In this document: in pieces, positions 1 to 10,157 of the stretch | Layout: the number at the start of each line of letters is the position of its first letter | Position numbering within the stretch: the first letter of the stretch is position 1 | Source of the DNA: Candidatus Latescibacterota bacterium | GTDB taxonomy: Bacteria > Latescibacterota > UBA2968 | Direction of reading: 5' to 3' | Assembly (NCBI GenBank): GCA_965204375.1 | Contig: OZ241986.1 | Location: forward strand, 3,968,001 to 4,032,000 | DNA length: 64,000 nucleotides | Position numbers and translations under genes: made by a program | The notes under the pieces: model-generated | What the model was told of the DNA's origin: nothing | Database searches by the model: none | Seen by the model: the letters and a program-made list of their open reading frames with translations, nothing else

Positions 1-1161
1 ATTATAGGATTGACTGAAGCATTCAAAAATGATCCAAACCCCAACAAAATAAACCTCGGCGTTGGCGTGTACAAAGACGGCGACGGCAACACGCCAATAT
101 TTGCCTCTGTAAAAACGGCAGAAGAACGCCTACTCGCACATGAAGACACCAAAAATTATCTGGGCATAGAAGGCGACGAAGCGTATAACAAAGCCGTCCA
201 GGAACTCCTCTGGGGAACAGAACACGAAATACTCACCAGTGGACGCGCGGGAACAGCCCAGGCACCGGGCGGCACGGGCGCATTGCGCATTGCCGGTGAC
301 TTTATTCATCAACACTATCCCAATGCCCGCGTATGGCTGAGCGACCCCACCTGGGCAAACCACCCCAAAATATTTGAATCTGCCAGTGTACCCACAGAAA
401 CCTATCGCTATTACAACCCCACATCTTTTGACCTGGACTTCGACGCACTCATCCAGGACCTCGGGCAAATCCCCGCTGGCGATGTCGTCTTGCTACACGG
501 ATGTTGTCACAACCCGACCGGCGTCGATCCCTCCGCCGAACAATGGGCGCAAATATCCGATGTCGTCGCAGACCGCGGCATCATTCCACTCGTGGACTTT
601 GCCTATCAGGGCCTGGGCAATGGCCTTGCTGAAGACGCCGTCGGACTCCAATCACTCAGCCGGCCCGGCTGCGAACTCCTCGTCGCCAGTTCCTTCTCCA
701 AAAACTTTGGCCTCTACCGCGAGCGCACGGGCGCACTGACCATCGTGGGCAAAAACGCCAATACCGTTGAAAAAGCGATGAGCCACATCAAAATCTGCAT
801 CCGCACAAATTACTCCAACCCACCCTCGCACGGCGCACAGGCAGTCGCAACAGTCCTCAACGACCCCGCCTTGCGGGCACAATGGGACGGCGAAGTAAAA
901 GCCATGCGCGACCGCATCAACAACATGCGCACCCTATTTGTGGATACCCTCGAAACAAAAGGCGTGCGGCGCGACTTTTCATTTATCGCACACCAGAGAG
1001 GCATGTTCTCTTTCTCCGGGTTGACCCCCGAACAAGTAGAAGCATTGCGCGAGAAATTTTCAATATACATAGTCAGTTCGGGACGCATCAATGTAGCGGG
1101 CATGACAAAGGACAATATCGGGCCGTTGTGTGAAGCGATAGCGGAAGTATTGGGAGATTAA
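1..1161 (+). CDS. aspC: Aspartate/aromatic amino acid aminotransferase (class I, PLP); 5'-truncated by window edge
   Basis: KINLGVGVY, HGCCHNPTG, SFSKNFGLYRER (PLP lysine) and SGRINVAG motifs; frame is open back to base 1 (IIGLTEAF). Confidence 0.92.
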   Translation: MIGLTEAFKNDPNPNKINLGVGVYKDGDGNTPIFASVKTAEERLLAHEDTKNYLGIEGDEAYNKAVQELLWGTEHEILTSGRAGTAQAPGGTGALRIAGDFIHQHYPNARVWLSDPTWANHPKIFESASVPTETYRYYNPTSFDLDFDALIQDLGQIPAGDVVLLHGCCHNPTGVDPSAEQWAQISDVVADRGIIPLVDFAYQGLGNGLAEDAVGLQSLSRPGCELLVASSFSKNFGLYRERTGALTIVGKNANTVEKAMSHIKICIRTNYSNPPSHGAQAVATVLNDPALRAQWDGEVKAMRDRINNMRTLFVDTLETKGVRRDFSFIAHQRGMFSFSGLTPEQVEALREKFSIYIVSSGRINVAGMTKDNIGPLCEAIAEVLGD

Positions 1162-1163
1162 TC

Positions 1164-1193
1164 CGCAGATGAACGCAGATGAACGCAGATGAA
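1164..1193 (+). repeat. 10-bp tandem repeat (CGCAGATGAA)x3
   Basis: Read directly; same unit at 6291-6330, 13719-13742 (reverse) and 30701-30730. Confidence 0.9.
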
Positions 1194-1211
1194 AAGCAAA
1201 AGGCAAAACCT

Positions 1212-1270
1212 CTGGATCGCGGCTAAGCATGCCCCTGCATGCTTTAAGCAGGGGACCATGCCGCGATGAC
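1212..1270 (+). repeat. REP-like palindromic element CTGGATCGCGGC...GCCGCGATGAC with a nested inner palindrome
   Basis: Outer arms shared with copies at 6352-6384, 22749-22808 and 55679-55710. Confidence 0.8.
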
Positions 1271-1307
1271 GGCTCTATAGCGAATGAAGCCCTTCCAAGG
1301 AGAAATC

Positions 1308-2081
1308 ATGACACTCAAAGACCGCGTAGCAATCGTCACTGGCGCAAGCTCTGGCATAGGGCGAGGCATAGCACTAGCACTCGCAGGAGAAGGCGCACAT
1401 GTAGCAGTAGCCGACATACAGGAAACGCCCAAAAAGGGCATCTATCACGACACCGACCTGACCACTTCTACAGTAGAGGAAATAGAAAAACGCGGCGGGA
1501 AAGGGATCTTTGTGCAGACCGACGTATCGAATGACGAAGCGGTACGCAATCTGATCGAACAGACCGTCTCCGAATTTGGCAAACTGGACATCCTAATAAA
1601 CAACGCCGGCATCACAATACCCGGAGGCATTGAAGAAACAACCATCGCCGACTACGACACCGTAATGGGCGTAAACCTTCGGGCACTATATGTAGCCAGC
1701 AAACTCGCCATGCCACACCTGAAAAAACCATCCGGCAGAATCATCCACATCGCATCTGTACAGTCATTTGGCGGTGGCGGCGGACCAGCGTATGCCGCAT
1801 CAAAAGCGGGCGTCGTCAACCTCACGCGAGACACCGCCCTGGAACTGGCCCCCTTTGGCGCAACCGTCAACGCGATCTGCCCGGGCTACATCGAAACGCC
1901 CATACAGGACTATCTCACACCGCAGGAAATTGAAGACTGCAAAGTAAAAACCCCGTTACCCCGCCTGGGATTGCCATCGGACATCGGCAACGCCGCAGTA
2001 TTCTTCGCATCGGACGCCGCCTCCTGGATCACCGGCACAGCCCTACCCGTGGATGGTGGATGGATGGCGTCTATTTTTTAA
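1308..2081 (+). CDS. Short-chain dehydrogenase/reductase (FabG-like SDR)
   Basis: TGASSGIG, NNAG, YAASK and PVDGG motifs; RBS AAGGAG before ATG 1308. Confidence 0.92.
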   Translation: MTLKDRVAIVTGASSGIGRGIALALAGEGAHVAVADIQETPKKGIYHDTDLTTSTVEEIEKRGGKGIFVQTDVSNDEAVRNLIEQTVSEFGKLDILINNAGITIPGGIEETTIADYDTVMGVNLRALYVASKLAMPHLKKPSGRIIHIASVQSFGGGGGPAYAASKAGVVNLTRDTALELAPFGATVNAICPGYIETPIQDYLTPQEIEDCKVKTPLPRLGLPSDIGNAAVFFASDAASWITGTALPVDGGWMASIF

Positions 2082-2087
2082 TCCGCA

Positions 2088-4562
2088 TCAATGCGGTATC
2101 CCCAACTGATGCATCCGCCGGTGAATCGCTTGACGGGCTTCGATGAAGGGACGTTCCAGATACGCGAGATGGTCCAACTCGCCGTGATGGTGTGTCGCCG
2201 TGCCGGAGGCGTGTCGGGCAGCGGTTTGACGGATGTACGCCAGATCGCCATCGATAAGCGTCAGCATATACTGGGCGGCTTCCAGATCGAACATCCACCA
2301 CTCGCCACCGCAGGCGATGTAAATCGGCGACGTATGGGCGAAAATTCCCCGTCCCCAGCCATCGTGATGGGGAACACTGGTATAATTGGGACCGGCACAT
2401 CGGGCGGCAATCCACGTATGCCCATCCACCTTCACCTTCGCCTTCAGTTCCAATCGCCGCGCACCCTTGTTGTCCTCCGTCGAAGCAACAACGCGCCCTG
2501 CCTGAACGATCTCCAGCGTATGAATCGGAAAAATACTCTCCGCCCACGCTTCGACCTCCACCGTACCTGCCCCCGACAACTGCATTGTATCGCCAACCTG
2601 GTGTCCATCTGCGGTAAGGTGAATAATGGGACCACCGCTGTGAAATGTTCGCCCCTGCGACACACTCTTGCACCAATTATCGTACGTAAATTCCCCATCG
2701 GGCAAATAGGCATACGTGCGGTAAATACCAACGGGCACATCGCTACTCATCTTATCCGTTCCACCAACCAGCGGCAAGCGATAACCGCAGTTGAGATAGC
2801 GGTAGTATTCCAGATGATTGAACGGCGCATGACGCAGCATCTCCACGCCATCTACGCGACCCGTGGCAATCAGTGCCGCAGGCTCCCCATTCGGATTCGG
2901 GAGATGCGGGACAATAACCGAACCGCCCTGCGCATGACACTGATCCGCCCAATCGCTCATCGTGATCTCCAGCGTACCACCCAACTCGGACTCACCCGGA
3001 CCGTCACTACACCACGGCATCACCGGTTCCTTGAGACCCCACAGGATGAGATGCCCCAGAAAATGCTGCCTATTCTCCTGACCAACATAGACGATATTAT
3101 TCCCATCTTGCGAAATACTCGGTCGTCCCGTAAAATCCTCCGTATTGGTAAAAAGATTGCCCCACTGCGACGGAAGCAAATTAACGATATTGAGATCCTC
3201 TCCCTGGGACTCCGTATGACTGCCCTGTGTCGAGAGAAAGTGAACGTGCGAATCCCCGCTATACCATCCCTCTCCATTCATATGAATCCACCGCTTGAGA
3301 CGCAAAGTCAGTTCGCGTTGTCCCGGTTCGATCTTCACCCGCGTCCGCATCGGCTCATACTCAAATCCCCTGGCGACATCCACAATGACCTCGCCGCGCG
3401 GCAACCACCCCTGGCAACGACCGTCAATGTACGCATAGGTGATTTGTCCAAGCCGAAGATCTCCACCGATATCAATATGCCAGCTATCGAGATTGGAATT
3501 GACCTGATTGTGATGACCGTAAGGCTGATAGGGAATCCCCTCCGGCGAGCGGAAATGGACGCGGCAGGGGATGGGCTTGCCCGTATCGTCATCAAGCACA
3601 GTAACGTGAACCCAATTCCGCCCCCGGTCCAGGAGTTCCACGCGCATTCGCGAGGTCTCCACCACCTTCTTCTCCTCAACATCACCCCACTTGACCTCGC
3701 CCACCTTTTCCTCGCCCTGCTTCACCGTCATCGTAGCCGAAGGCGTGGCAGCGACCTCGACATAAGCCGGGCTTGACCTGGGATTCTGCGCCTCTCCCCA
3801 ACCGGCGAAATCATCATTGACGAAATCATCGGCAGACGCTTCGGGCAGTGGATGAACATAAGTTGCCGTCCCTCGATCTACCTCCACGCTGAGATCAAAC
3901 GGTTTTTCCGCATCTTCGGGATGGGTCAAAATCAGGCGCGCTTCGCGCTTCCCGTGTCGCACAAAGGGATATTCTTCAAGATGCGAAAGCGTGACACCAG
4001 CAATAATAAAACGCGGACCATTCGGGATAATCTCCAGCGACTCGACCACGCGATCCGGCAGAGGATTCTCCCACGCCCACAGAAAGTATCCGCGGGACGT
4101 GCCGCGCGACACCTCGGTCTGACGTCGCCCCATATCCTGCCATTTCCCTTCGTAACGCGGCAACAACCGGTCGTTCTGGTCCGGAAGTGCGACAAAGGGC
4201 GCGCCGCCGCTGGATAAATGTGCAATTTCAAAACGCTCGCGGATGGGAATGCGGAATTCTTCACCCTCCGCCATCCGGAACAAATAATCCGCCACGTTCT
4301 CCCCCAATGGACCACCCTCCATCAGATCGGAATCCAGCAAGCGATGGGCAATAATCACGCGGCGTGCCGACTCGTTGATTGGAATTGTCACACCACCAGA
4401 AGCCTCATCCAGCGCGATAAAACAATTCGAACCATCGTCATGTACCAAAAACGGCAAACCGCGGAATAATTGTTTGCCTATAGGAGCATTCGCGTTTGCG
4501 CCCAAAACTTCAAGCCCCGCATTGCACAACGCCGACAAATCGAGAGGTTGATAGTCTGCCAT
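2088..4562 (-). CDS. CehA/McbA-family PHP-like metallohydrolase
   Basis: WYSGDSHVH, GQENR..GHL, VPH, GGTDKM and AHTSPIY motifs; start MADYQ with RBS AAGGA. Confidence 0.7.
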   Translation of the reverse strand: MADYQPLDLSALCNAGLEVLGANANAPIGKQLFRGLPFLVHDDGSNCFIALDEASGGVTIPINESARRVIIAHRLLDSDLMEGGPLGENVADYLFRMAEGEEFRIPIRERFEIAHLSSGGAPFVALPDQNDRLLPRYEGKWQDMGRRQTEVSRGTSRGYFLWAWENPLPDRVVESLEIIPNGPRFIIAGVTLSHLEEYPFVRHGKREARLILTHPEDAEKPFDLSVEVDRGTATYVHPLPEASADDFVNDDFAGWGEAQNPRSSPAYVEVAATPSATMTVKQGEEKVGEVKWGDVEEKKVVETSRMRVELLDRGRNWVHVTVLDDDTGKPIPCRVHFRSPEGIPYQPYGHHNQVNSNLDSWHIDIGGDLRLGQITYAYIDGRCQGWLPRGEVIVDVARGFEYEPMRTRVKIEPGQRELTLRLKRWIHMNGEGWYSGDSHVHFLSTQGSHTESQGEDLNIVNLLPSQWGNLFTNTEDFTGRPSISQDGNNIVYVGQENRQHFLGHLILWGLKEPVMPWCSDGPGESELGGTLEITMSDWADQCHAQGGSVIVPHLPNPNGEPAALIATGRVDGVEMLRHAPFNHLEYYRYLNCGYRLPLVGGTDKMSSDVPVGIYRTYAYLPDGEFTYDNWCKSVSQGRTFHSGGPIIHLTADGHQVGDTMQLSGAGTVEVEAWAESIFPIHTLEIVQAGRVVASTEDNKGARRLELKAKVKVDGHTWIAARCAGPNYTSVPHHDGWGRGIFAHTSPIYIACGGEWWMFDLEAAQYMLTLIDGDLAYIRQTAARHASGTATHHHGELDHLAYLERPFIEARQAIHRRMHQLGIPH

Positions 4563-4594
4563 GACAGGTATCCTTTCTTTATAGGGTGTATATC

Positions 4595-6283
4595 TCACAA
4601 AAAATCCAAATCTGCGCCGAGATGAGCGGGCAAAACGCATTTGGCATACAGGTGTCGCCATCCGCGCTCGGGAATTGGCAAAGGAACAAAAGCCTCGCGG
4701 CGACGCGCAAGCTCCGACTCATTGACCAGCAAATCAATGCGGCGTTCTCTTGCATTCAACTCAACCATATCGCCATCGCGAACAAAGGCAAGCGGTCCCC
4801 CTGTCGCCGCCTCGGGAGAACAGTGCAACACCACCGTGCCATAAGACGTCCCACTCATACGCGCATCGGAAATCCGCACCATATCTTTAACTCCTTTTTG
4901 CGCCAAATACTTGGGAATAGGCAGAGACCCCGCCTCCGGAAACCCATCTCCCACGGGACCGGCATTTCGCAAAATCATCACATGATCCGGCGTAATATTG
5001 AGCGCGGGATCATCAATCCGCGCGGATGCATCCTCAGCAGAATCAAAAACAACCGCAGGACCCCGGTGCGCGAGCAATTCCGGAGACGCCGCTGCAACCT
5101 TCAGCACAGCCCCATCCGGCGCCAGATTCCCGCGAACCACAATCAGCGCGCCCGTAGCACCAAGGGGATTATCCAGCGAGCGAATAGTACTTTGCCAGGA
5201 CTGAGGAGGTTGAACCGTCTTCAAATAATCGCCCAACGCCTGCCCTGTAATCGTCGGCACAGAACAATCCAACAGAGACGCCAGCGCCTTGAGCAACGCG
5301 GGAACACCACCCGCATTGTGAAAATCCTCCATATAGCCCACACCTGCGGGCTTGCAATCCACCAGCAACGGCACCCGTTGCGACACCTCGTGCATATCTT
5401 CCAGAGTCAGCCGAGTCCCCGCCCGCCGCGCAATCGCCAGAAGATGCACAATCGCATTCGTAGAACCACCCAGCGCGTGTAGCACCGCAAGCGCATTGAG
5501 AAAAGACGCCCGCGTGAGCAATTGTACGGGCCGGCGTTCCGCACGAGCAAGAGCAACGGCCATGCGCCCAGACCGCACCCCCACGCGCAATCGATCCCCC
5601 GTACCCGAAAGCGGTGTTGCACCACCAGAAACCATCAAACCCAGCGTCTCCACCACACTCGCCATCGTCGAAGCAGTCCCCATAACCATACACGTCCCCG
5701 GCGTACTGCAAAGCGACTGAGTCACACCTTCGATCTGCTCATCGCTCAGTTCCCCAGCGCGAAATTGCGCCCAATAGCGGCGGCAATCTGTACACGCACC
5801 CAATCTCTCACCCTGCCACGAACCCGTTCGCATCGCGCCAGACACCACCTGAACAGCGGGAATATTAGCCGACGCAGCAGCCATCAACTGCGCCGGCACA
5901 GTCTTATCGCAGCCCCCCATCAGCACCACCGCATCCATAGGTTGAGCCGTAATCAGTTCCTCGGTCTCCATAGACAGCAGATTCCGAAAAAGCATCGTCG
6001 TAGGCGAAAAGAAAATCTCATTCAGCGAAATCGTGGGAAACACAAAAGGCAGGCCACCGCCTTCGAAAACCCCGCGCTTGACCGCCTCGATCAAATCCGG
6101 CATATGCCCGTGACAGGGATTGTAATCAGAAGCCGTCGAAGCAATCCCAATAACGGGACGATCCACATCCTCGCCATCATATCCCGCAGCCGCGAGAAAC
6201 GCCCTGCGAATATACTTGCTAAATTCCGGATCGCCGTAGCTCGTCAAATTCCGATTGATACCTGTATCTGTCGATTGGGTCAT
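4595..6283 (-). CDS. Dihydroxy-acid / sugar-acid dehydratase (IlvD/Edd family)
   Basis: NPCH, GGCDKT, GTCMVMGTASTM, GGSTNA and SDARMSGT motifs. Confidence 0.92.
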   Translation of the reverse strand: MTQSTDTGINRNLTSYGDPEFSKYIRRAFLAAAGYDGEDVDRPVIGIASTASDYNPCHGHMPDLIEAVKRGVFEGGGLPFVFPTISLNEIFFSPTTMLFRNLLSMETEELITAQPMDAVVLMGGCDKTVPAQLMAAASANIPAVQVVSGAMRTGSWQGERLGACTDCRRYWAQFRAGELSDEQIEGVTQSLCSTPGTCMVMGTASTMASVVETLGLMVSGGATPLSGTGDRLRVGVRSGRMAVALARAERRPVQLLTRASFLNALAVLHALGGSTNAIVHLLAIARRAGTRLTLEDMHEVSQRVPLLVDCKPAGVGYMEDFHNAGGVPALLKALASLLDCSVPTITGQALGDYLKTVQPPQSWQSTIRSLDNPLGATGALIVVRGNLAPDGAVLKVAAASPELLAHRGPAVVFDSAEDASARIDDPALNITPDHVMILRNAGPVGDGFPEAGSLPIPKYLAQKGVKDMVRISDARMSGTSYGTVVLHCSPEAATGGPLAFVRDGDMVELNARERRIDLLVNESELARRREAFVPLPIPERGWRHLYAKCVLPAHLGADLDFL

Positions 6284-6290
6284 AGTAATC

Positions 6291-6330
6291 CGCAGATGAA
6301 CGCAGATGAACGCAGATGAACGCAGATAAA
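6291..6330 (+). repeat. 10-bp tandem repeat (CGCAGATGAA)x4
   Basis: Read directly. Confidence 0.9.
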
Positions 6331-6351
6331 TTCAGCCATCAACTTATTGTC

Positions 6352-6384
6352 GTCATCGCGGCATGATGTTGAGCCGCGATCCAG
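6352..6384 (-). repeat. REP-like palindromic element (short form)
   Basis: GTCATCGCGGC-N-GCCGCGATCCAG, the reverse orientation of the 1212 element. Confidence 0.8.
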
Positions 6385-6400
6385 GAGGTTTTGCTGACCG

Positions 6401-8245
6401 CTAATCGCTGATCGCTCTGGAAAGCGCGTGCTCTGCTGAAACAAGCATGCCACTGATAATCTCATAGGCGAGTTGATCAATATTCTCGCGTGTCTGAGCC
6501 AGATCCTCCCCAGCCAGATCCGCGCAATCAGCCGAAGATGCCGAAACATAATACTTGATCTTGGGTTCTGTACCAGAAGGCCGGGCTGTTACCCGCGTGT
6601 GCCCTTCTTCCGTAAAAGTAAAAGCGAGAACATTGCCCGTAGCACCCTGAATCGCACGCGTAGTACCCGTCTGAACATTGCGCACAATATTCGTCTGGTG
6701 ATCAACGACCTCAATCACCCTGTACCCGCCAATTTCAGCAGGCGGATCCTCGCGCAGACCAGTCATAATCTGGGCAATCTCCTCATTGCCCCGTGCGCCT
6801 TCTCGATACGTCGATTTCTGCACCTCACAAAAATATCCAAACGCGCGATAAATATCATCCAGATAATCCCGCAGCGTGCGACCTTGCCTCTTGAGTTTAG
6901 CCGCGCACTCCGCGAGCAAAACCGCAGCAACAGCCGCATCCTTATCGCGCACAAAATCCGTAAACAAATAACCGTGGCTCTCTTCCGTACCAAACACAAA
7001 GGTCTCATCATCTGACAAATTATTGATCACATCGCCAATATATTTGAACCCGACAAGGAGGTTATCAACAGGTATCAGACCAAAATCCCTCGCAACAAGA
7101 CTAATGAGATCCGTCGTAACAATCGTCTTACACACAACACCCCTATCGGACAATTTGCCCTGATCTCTAAGTGAAGTCAAAATATAATAACACAAAACAG
7201 CGCCAATCTGATTGCCATTAATCGCAAGCTCTTCGGGAGCGGCATCCCAGCCCTTCTGCGGATGGGGCAGCGCGCAACCCAGACGATCGGCATCTGGATC
7301 GCTCGCCAGAACAATATCAGCCCGAACCTGTCTTGCCTCTTCAATAGATATAGAAAGCGCGCCCGGATCTTCGGGATTTGCCACACCCCCTGCCACCGTC
7401 GGGAAATTGCCATCCGGAACATCTTGCGCCTCCACCAGATGGAGAGAATAGCCGAGCTTCTGAAGCGCGGGCACAACACTCGTTGAACCAACGCCGTGTA
7501 GCGGCGTATAAACGACACGTATATCGCGGGCATCGCAAAGAGAAAGATCCACCAGCTTTTCAACATATTGTGCGTCGAGCTCTGCATCGAGCACCTCAAT
7601 CAACCCTCGATCCACCCCGTCCGCATAGTCAATTCTATCGAGACGTTCAACAGCACCAACCTCGGCAATAATATTCTTATCGTGCGGCGGAACAACCTGT
7701 CCGCCATCAATCCAGTACGCCTTAAAACCATTATCCGACGGAGGATTGTGACTCGCGCTAATAACCACACCAGCAACAGCACCTGTCTGGCGGAGCGCAA
7801 AAGAAAGATGAGGCGTTGCCCGAGGACCGTCAAACAACCGTGCGACAATACCATTACCCGCAATAATCGCAGCCGTCTCCCGTGCAAAAACATCCGAATT
7901 ATTGCGCGTATCATACGCGATCACCACACCCATATCTCTGGCATCTTCAATACCCGATTTGAGAATATACTGCGCCAACCCCTGCGCCGCCTCTCCAATC
8001 GTCCTCAAATTAATACGGTTGGGACCCGGGCCCATCTTGCCCCGAATACCACCCGTACCAAACTCGATATGCGTGCGAAAAGCATCCTCGAGCTCGTCTA
8101 TATCTTCATCTTCAACGAGCAATTGAATTTCCGGTACAAAATCGGCAAATACTGAATCAGTAAGCCATTGGGAAACTGCTCGAAAAGCCGCGACAGAAAG
8201 CCTGTTCTCCGCGGCCCAGTCTTTGATCTGCTGGTGTGTCTTCAT
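6401..8245 (-). CDS. pgm: Phosphoglucomutase/phosphomannomutase (phospho-sugar mutase)
   Basis: FGTGGIRG, SASHNP (catalytic Ser), DPDADR, EESHG and RPSGTEPKIKYY motifs. Confidence 0.92.
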   Translation of the reverse strand: MKTHQQIKDWAAENRLSVAAFRAVSQWLTDSVFADFVPEIQLLVEDEDIDELEDAFRTHIEFGTGGIRGKMGPGPNRINLRTIGEAAQGLAQYILKSGIEDARDMGVVIAYDTRNNSDVFARETAAIIAGNGIVARLFDGPRATPHLSFALRQTGAVAGVVISASHNPPSDNGFKAYWIDGGQVVPPHDKNIIAEVGAVERLDRIDYADGVDRGLIEVLDAELDAQYVEKLVDLSLCDARDIRVVYTPLHGVGSTSVVPALQKLGYSLHLVEAQDVPDGNFPTVAGGVANPEDPGALSISIEEARQVRADIVLASDPDADRLGCALPHPQKGWDAAPEELAINGNQIGAVLCYYILTSLRDQGKLSDRGVVCKTIVTTDLISLVARDFGLIPVDNLLVGFKYIGDVINNLSDDETFVFGTEESHGYLFTDFVRDKDAAVAAVLLAECAAKLKRQGRTLRDYLDDIYRAFGYFCEVQKSTYREGARGNEEIAQIMTGLREDPPAEIGGYRVIEVVDHQTNIVRNVQTGTTRAIQGATGNVLAFTFTEEGHTRVTARPSGTEPKIKYYVSASSADCADLAGEDLAQTRENIDQLAYEIISGMLVSAEHALSRAISD

Positions 8246-8490
8246 AAATACTCCAATTCAAGAACGAATAGACGAATAGACGAATAGACGAACCCCGCTC
8301 CGCCCCCAAAGTAGATACAAACTCCGCCGTTGATTCGTTGATGAACTGGCCTGAGAGACGGCCAGTTGTACCCCGCTCCGTTGATTCGCGCTTTTCTTTT
8401 ATCGCCATATATTGCCATCTACAGACCACCGTGTCAAGCCCAGAACCAAAACTACTTGACTTTAGCACTCATTTTTGCCCTATTTTGAAA

Positions 8491-9225
8491 ATGCTCACAA
8501 CAATCCTCATCGCCATTGGCCTTGTACTGGGTATCCCCCTCGCAATACTGGCACTTTTCTTATGCCTGCCAATCCGCGCAGGCGCAACGGGGTACTACCG
8601 CGAAAATGACTACAGCATATCCGGTTTCGCGCGCGGTTGTGCCGGGCTATGTGGTATTGTTTGCGACATTGACAAAAAGGGGATACAATTGCGCGTAGTT
8701 ATCGGACGCTGGACCGCGTGGCGACCCGGGGCAAAACCGCCATCATCAGAGCCAACAACAGAATCCGAAAGAGATATCTCCACCGAACCACAACGGGACA
8801 GACCGAAAAAAAAACCATATCCAACAGAGACCTTACGCGCAAAAGCAAAACAATACCTGAACTATGCTACAGAAGTGCGTCCCATTCTGACGCGATTTAT
8901 AAAACGATTGCTGAAAACAATATCACTTCAACACGCGGAATTGAATCTGGAGTTAGGAACAGACGATCCCGCCTTCACCGGACGTCTATTTGGATATATT
9001 GAAGCGACCAAACGCATCTTTGGCAAACGCATCCGCATCTCGCTCACCCCTGATTTTTTGCAACCGCGCTTTGCCGGATCGGGATCCTTAAAACTCTCCA
9101 TTTATCTTCACCGTTTGATATTCGCCGCACTCGCCCTTGCTGTGCGCGGCGGACTCATGCGCGCAAAAATCTGGTGGACAAAACGCAAAAACAGGCGCAA
9201 AGTCCCCTTAACTGCTAACTACTGA
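8491..9225 (+). CDS. DUF2953/YtfI-like membrane-anchored protein
   Basis: N-terminal TM helix, GTDDPAFTGRLFG motif, paired with the ytfJ-like gene. Confidence 0.7.
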   Translation: MLTTILIAIGLVLGIPLAILALFLCLPIRAGATGYYRENDYSISGFARGCAGLCGIVCDIDKKGIQLRVVIGRWTAWRPGAKPPSSEPTTESERDISTEPQRDRPKKKPYPTETLRAKAKQYLNYATEVRPILTRFIKRLLKTISLQHAELNLELGTDDPAFTGRLFGYIEATKRIFGKRIRISLTPDFLQPRFAGSGSLKLSIYLHRLIFAALALAVRGGLMRAKIWWTKRKNRRKVPLTANY

Positions 9226-9256
9226 TTATTATGACTATACTTTATCGGGAGGCAAC

Positions 9257-9643
9257 ATGGCAATAGAAGACATGGTGCGAACAATGTTACACGAACTGCG
9301 TGAAATCGTGAAAACCGAAACCGTAGTAGGCGAACCCCTTGTCCTGGGCGACGTCACCATCATACCCGTATCCAAAATATCCTTTGGATTTGGCGCAGGT
9401 GGTGGACAGGGCGAAAAAGACGACGGAAGCAGTGGCACGGGCGGAGGCGGCTCTGTGCAACCCGTGGCATTCATCGTCATACAAAAAGGCAAAGCACAGC
9501 TTCTACCCATAGAAGACAAAAGCATGTCTATCGCCGACCTGCTCAAATACGCGCCCGATGTACTTGAAAAAATTAAAGCATTTAAGGACAAACGAAAAAA
9601 AAAGGAAGAAGAGAACGACGGCAGCGAAGAAGAAAAAGAATAA
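9257..9643 (+). CDS. YtfJ/GerW-family protein
   Basis: TETVVGEP..IIPVSKISFGFGAGGG..GGGGSVQPVAF signature. Confidence 0.88.
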   Translation: MAIEDMVRTMLHELREIVKTETVVGEPLVLGDVTIIPVSKISFGFGAGGGQGEKDDGSSGTGGGGSVQPVAFIVIQKGKAQLLPIEDKSMSIADLLKYAPDVLEKIKAFKDKRKKKEEENDGSEEEKE

Positions 9644-9707
9644 CAACCGCGCATCGGCCAATAAATTCACCGACGATGAATAATTAAAAAAATCGCTGGA
9701 AATACCA

Positions 9708-10157
9708 TTGATAGGAGATTATCATTCAGTGAAACGCACCTCTCCGCCACCTTTGGAACTCGATTATGAAAGCAATCCTGTACATCGCAACCCTTCACGC
9801 CGACATCACCATACACAATGGTCAAAACACATATCAGAAGATGAGGAATTTCTCATCTTTTGTGACTCCGTATCCAGGGGATGGGGAAATCGCAGTACCT
9901 GTTTTTGGGGTATAAAAATAGACGAAAAAAGAGAACTGATGACATTGAATGATCCATCCTACCATAACGGTCAGATTGCAAAATGGTGTAGATTTGTGAG
10001 CAATACAAAGCCTGAAATTTGGCACGGTTATCCACTATGGCCGGATCCACGTAGGCCAAACCCGTCTCAAGACGTTCTGTTACAATGGGCGCGGTACCGT
10101 CCTCTTTCTAAAGCCAAAGTCGCAAAATTATTAAGGGGGAGACGATGCAGTTTCTAA
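9708..10157 (+). CDS. Hypothetical protein with YxxNPxH...WHGYP motif (toxin/nuclease-like by inference); may start at GTG 9729
   Basis: AT-richer ORF overlapping the next gene by 13 bp; AGGAG at 9713. Confidence 0.55.
   Translation: MIGDYHSVKRTSPPPLELDYESNPVHRNPSRRHHHTQWSKHISEDEEFLIFCDSVSRGWGNRSTCFWGIKIDEKRELMTLNDPSYHNGQIAKWCRFVSNTKPEIWHGYPLWPDPRRPNPSQDVLLQWARYRPLSKAKVAKLLRGRRCSF

Noticed and set aside
2091-3776. 561-aa plus-strand ORF, and other long antisense ORFs such as 4586-5482 and 5522-6319
   Set aside because: Shadow frames of well-supported minus-strand genes; no motifs, and composition typical of antisense frames
1164-6330. CGCAGATGAA repeats as a CRISPR array
   Set aside because: Direct 10-bp tandem units without spacers; no cas genes
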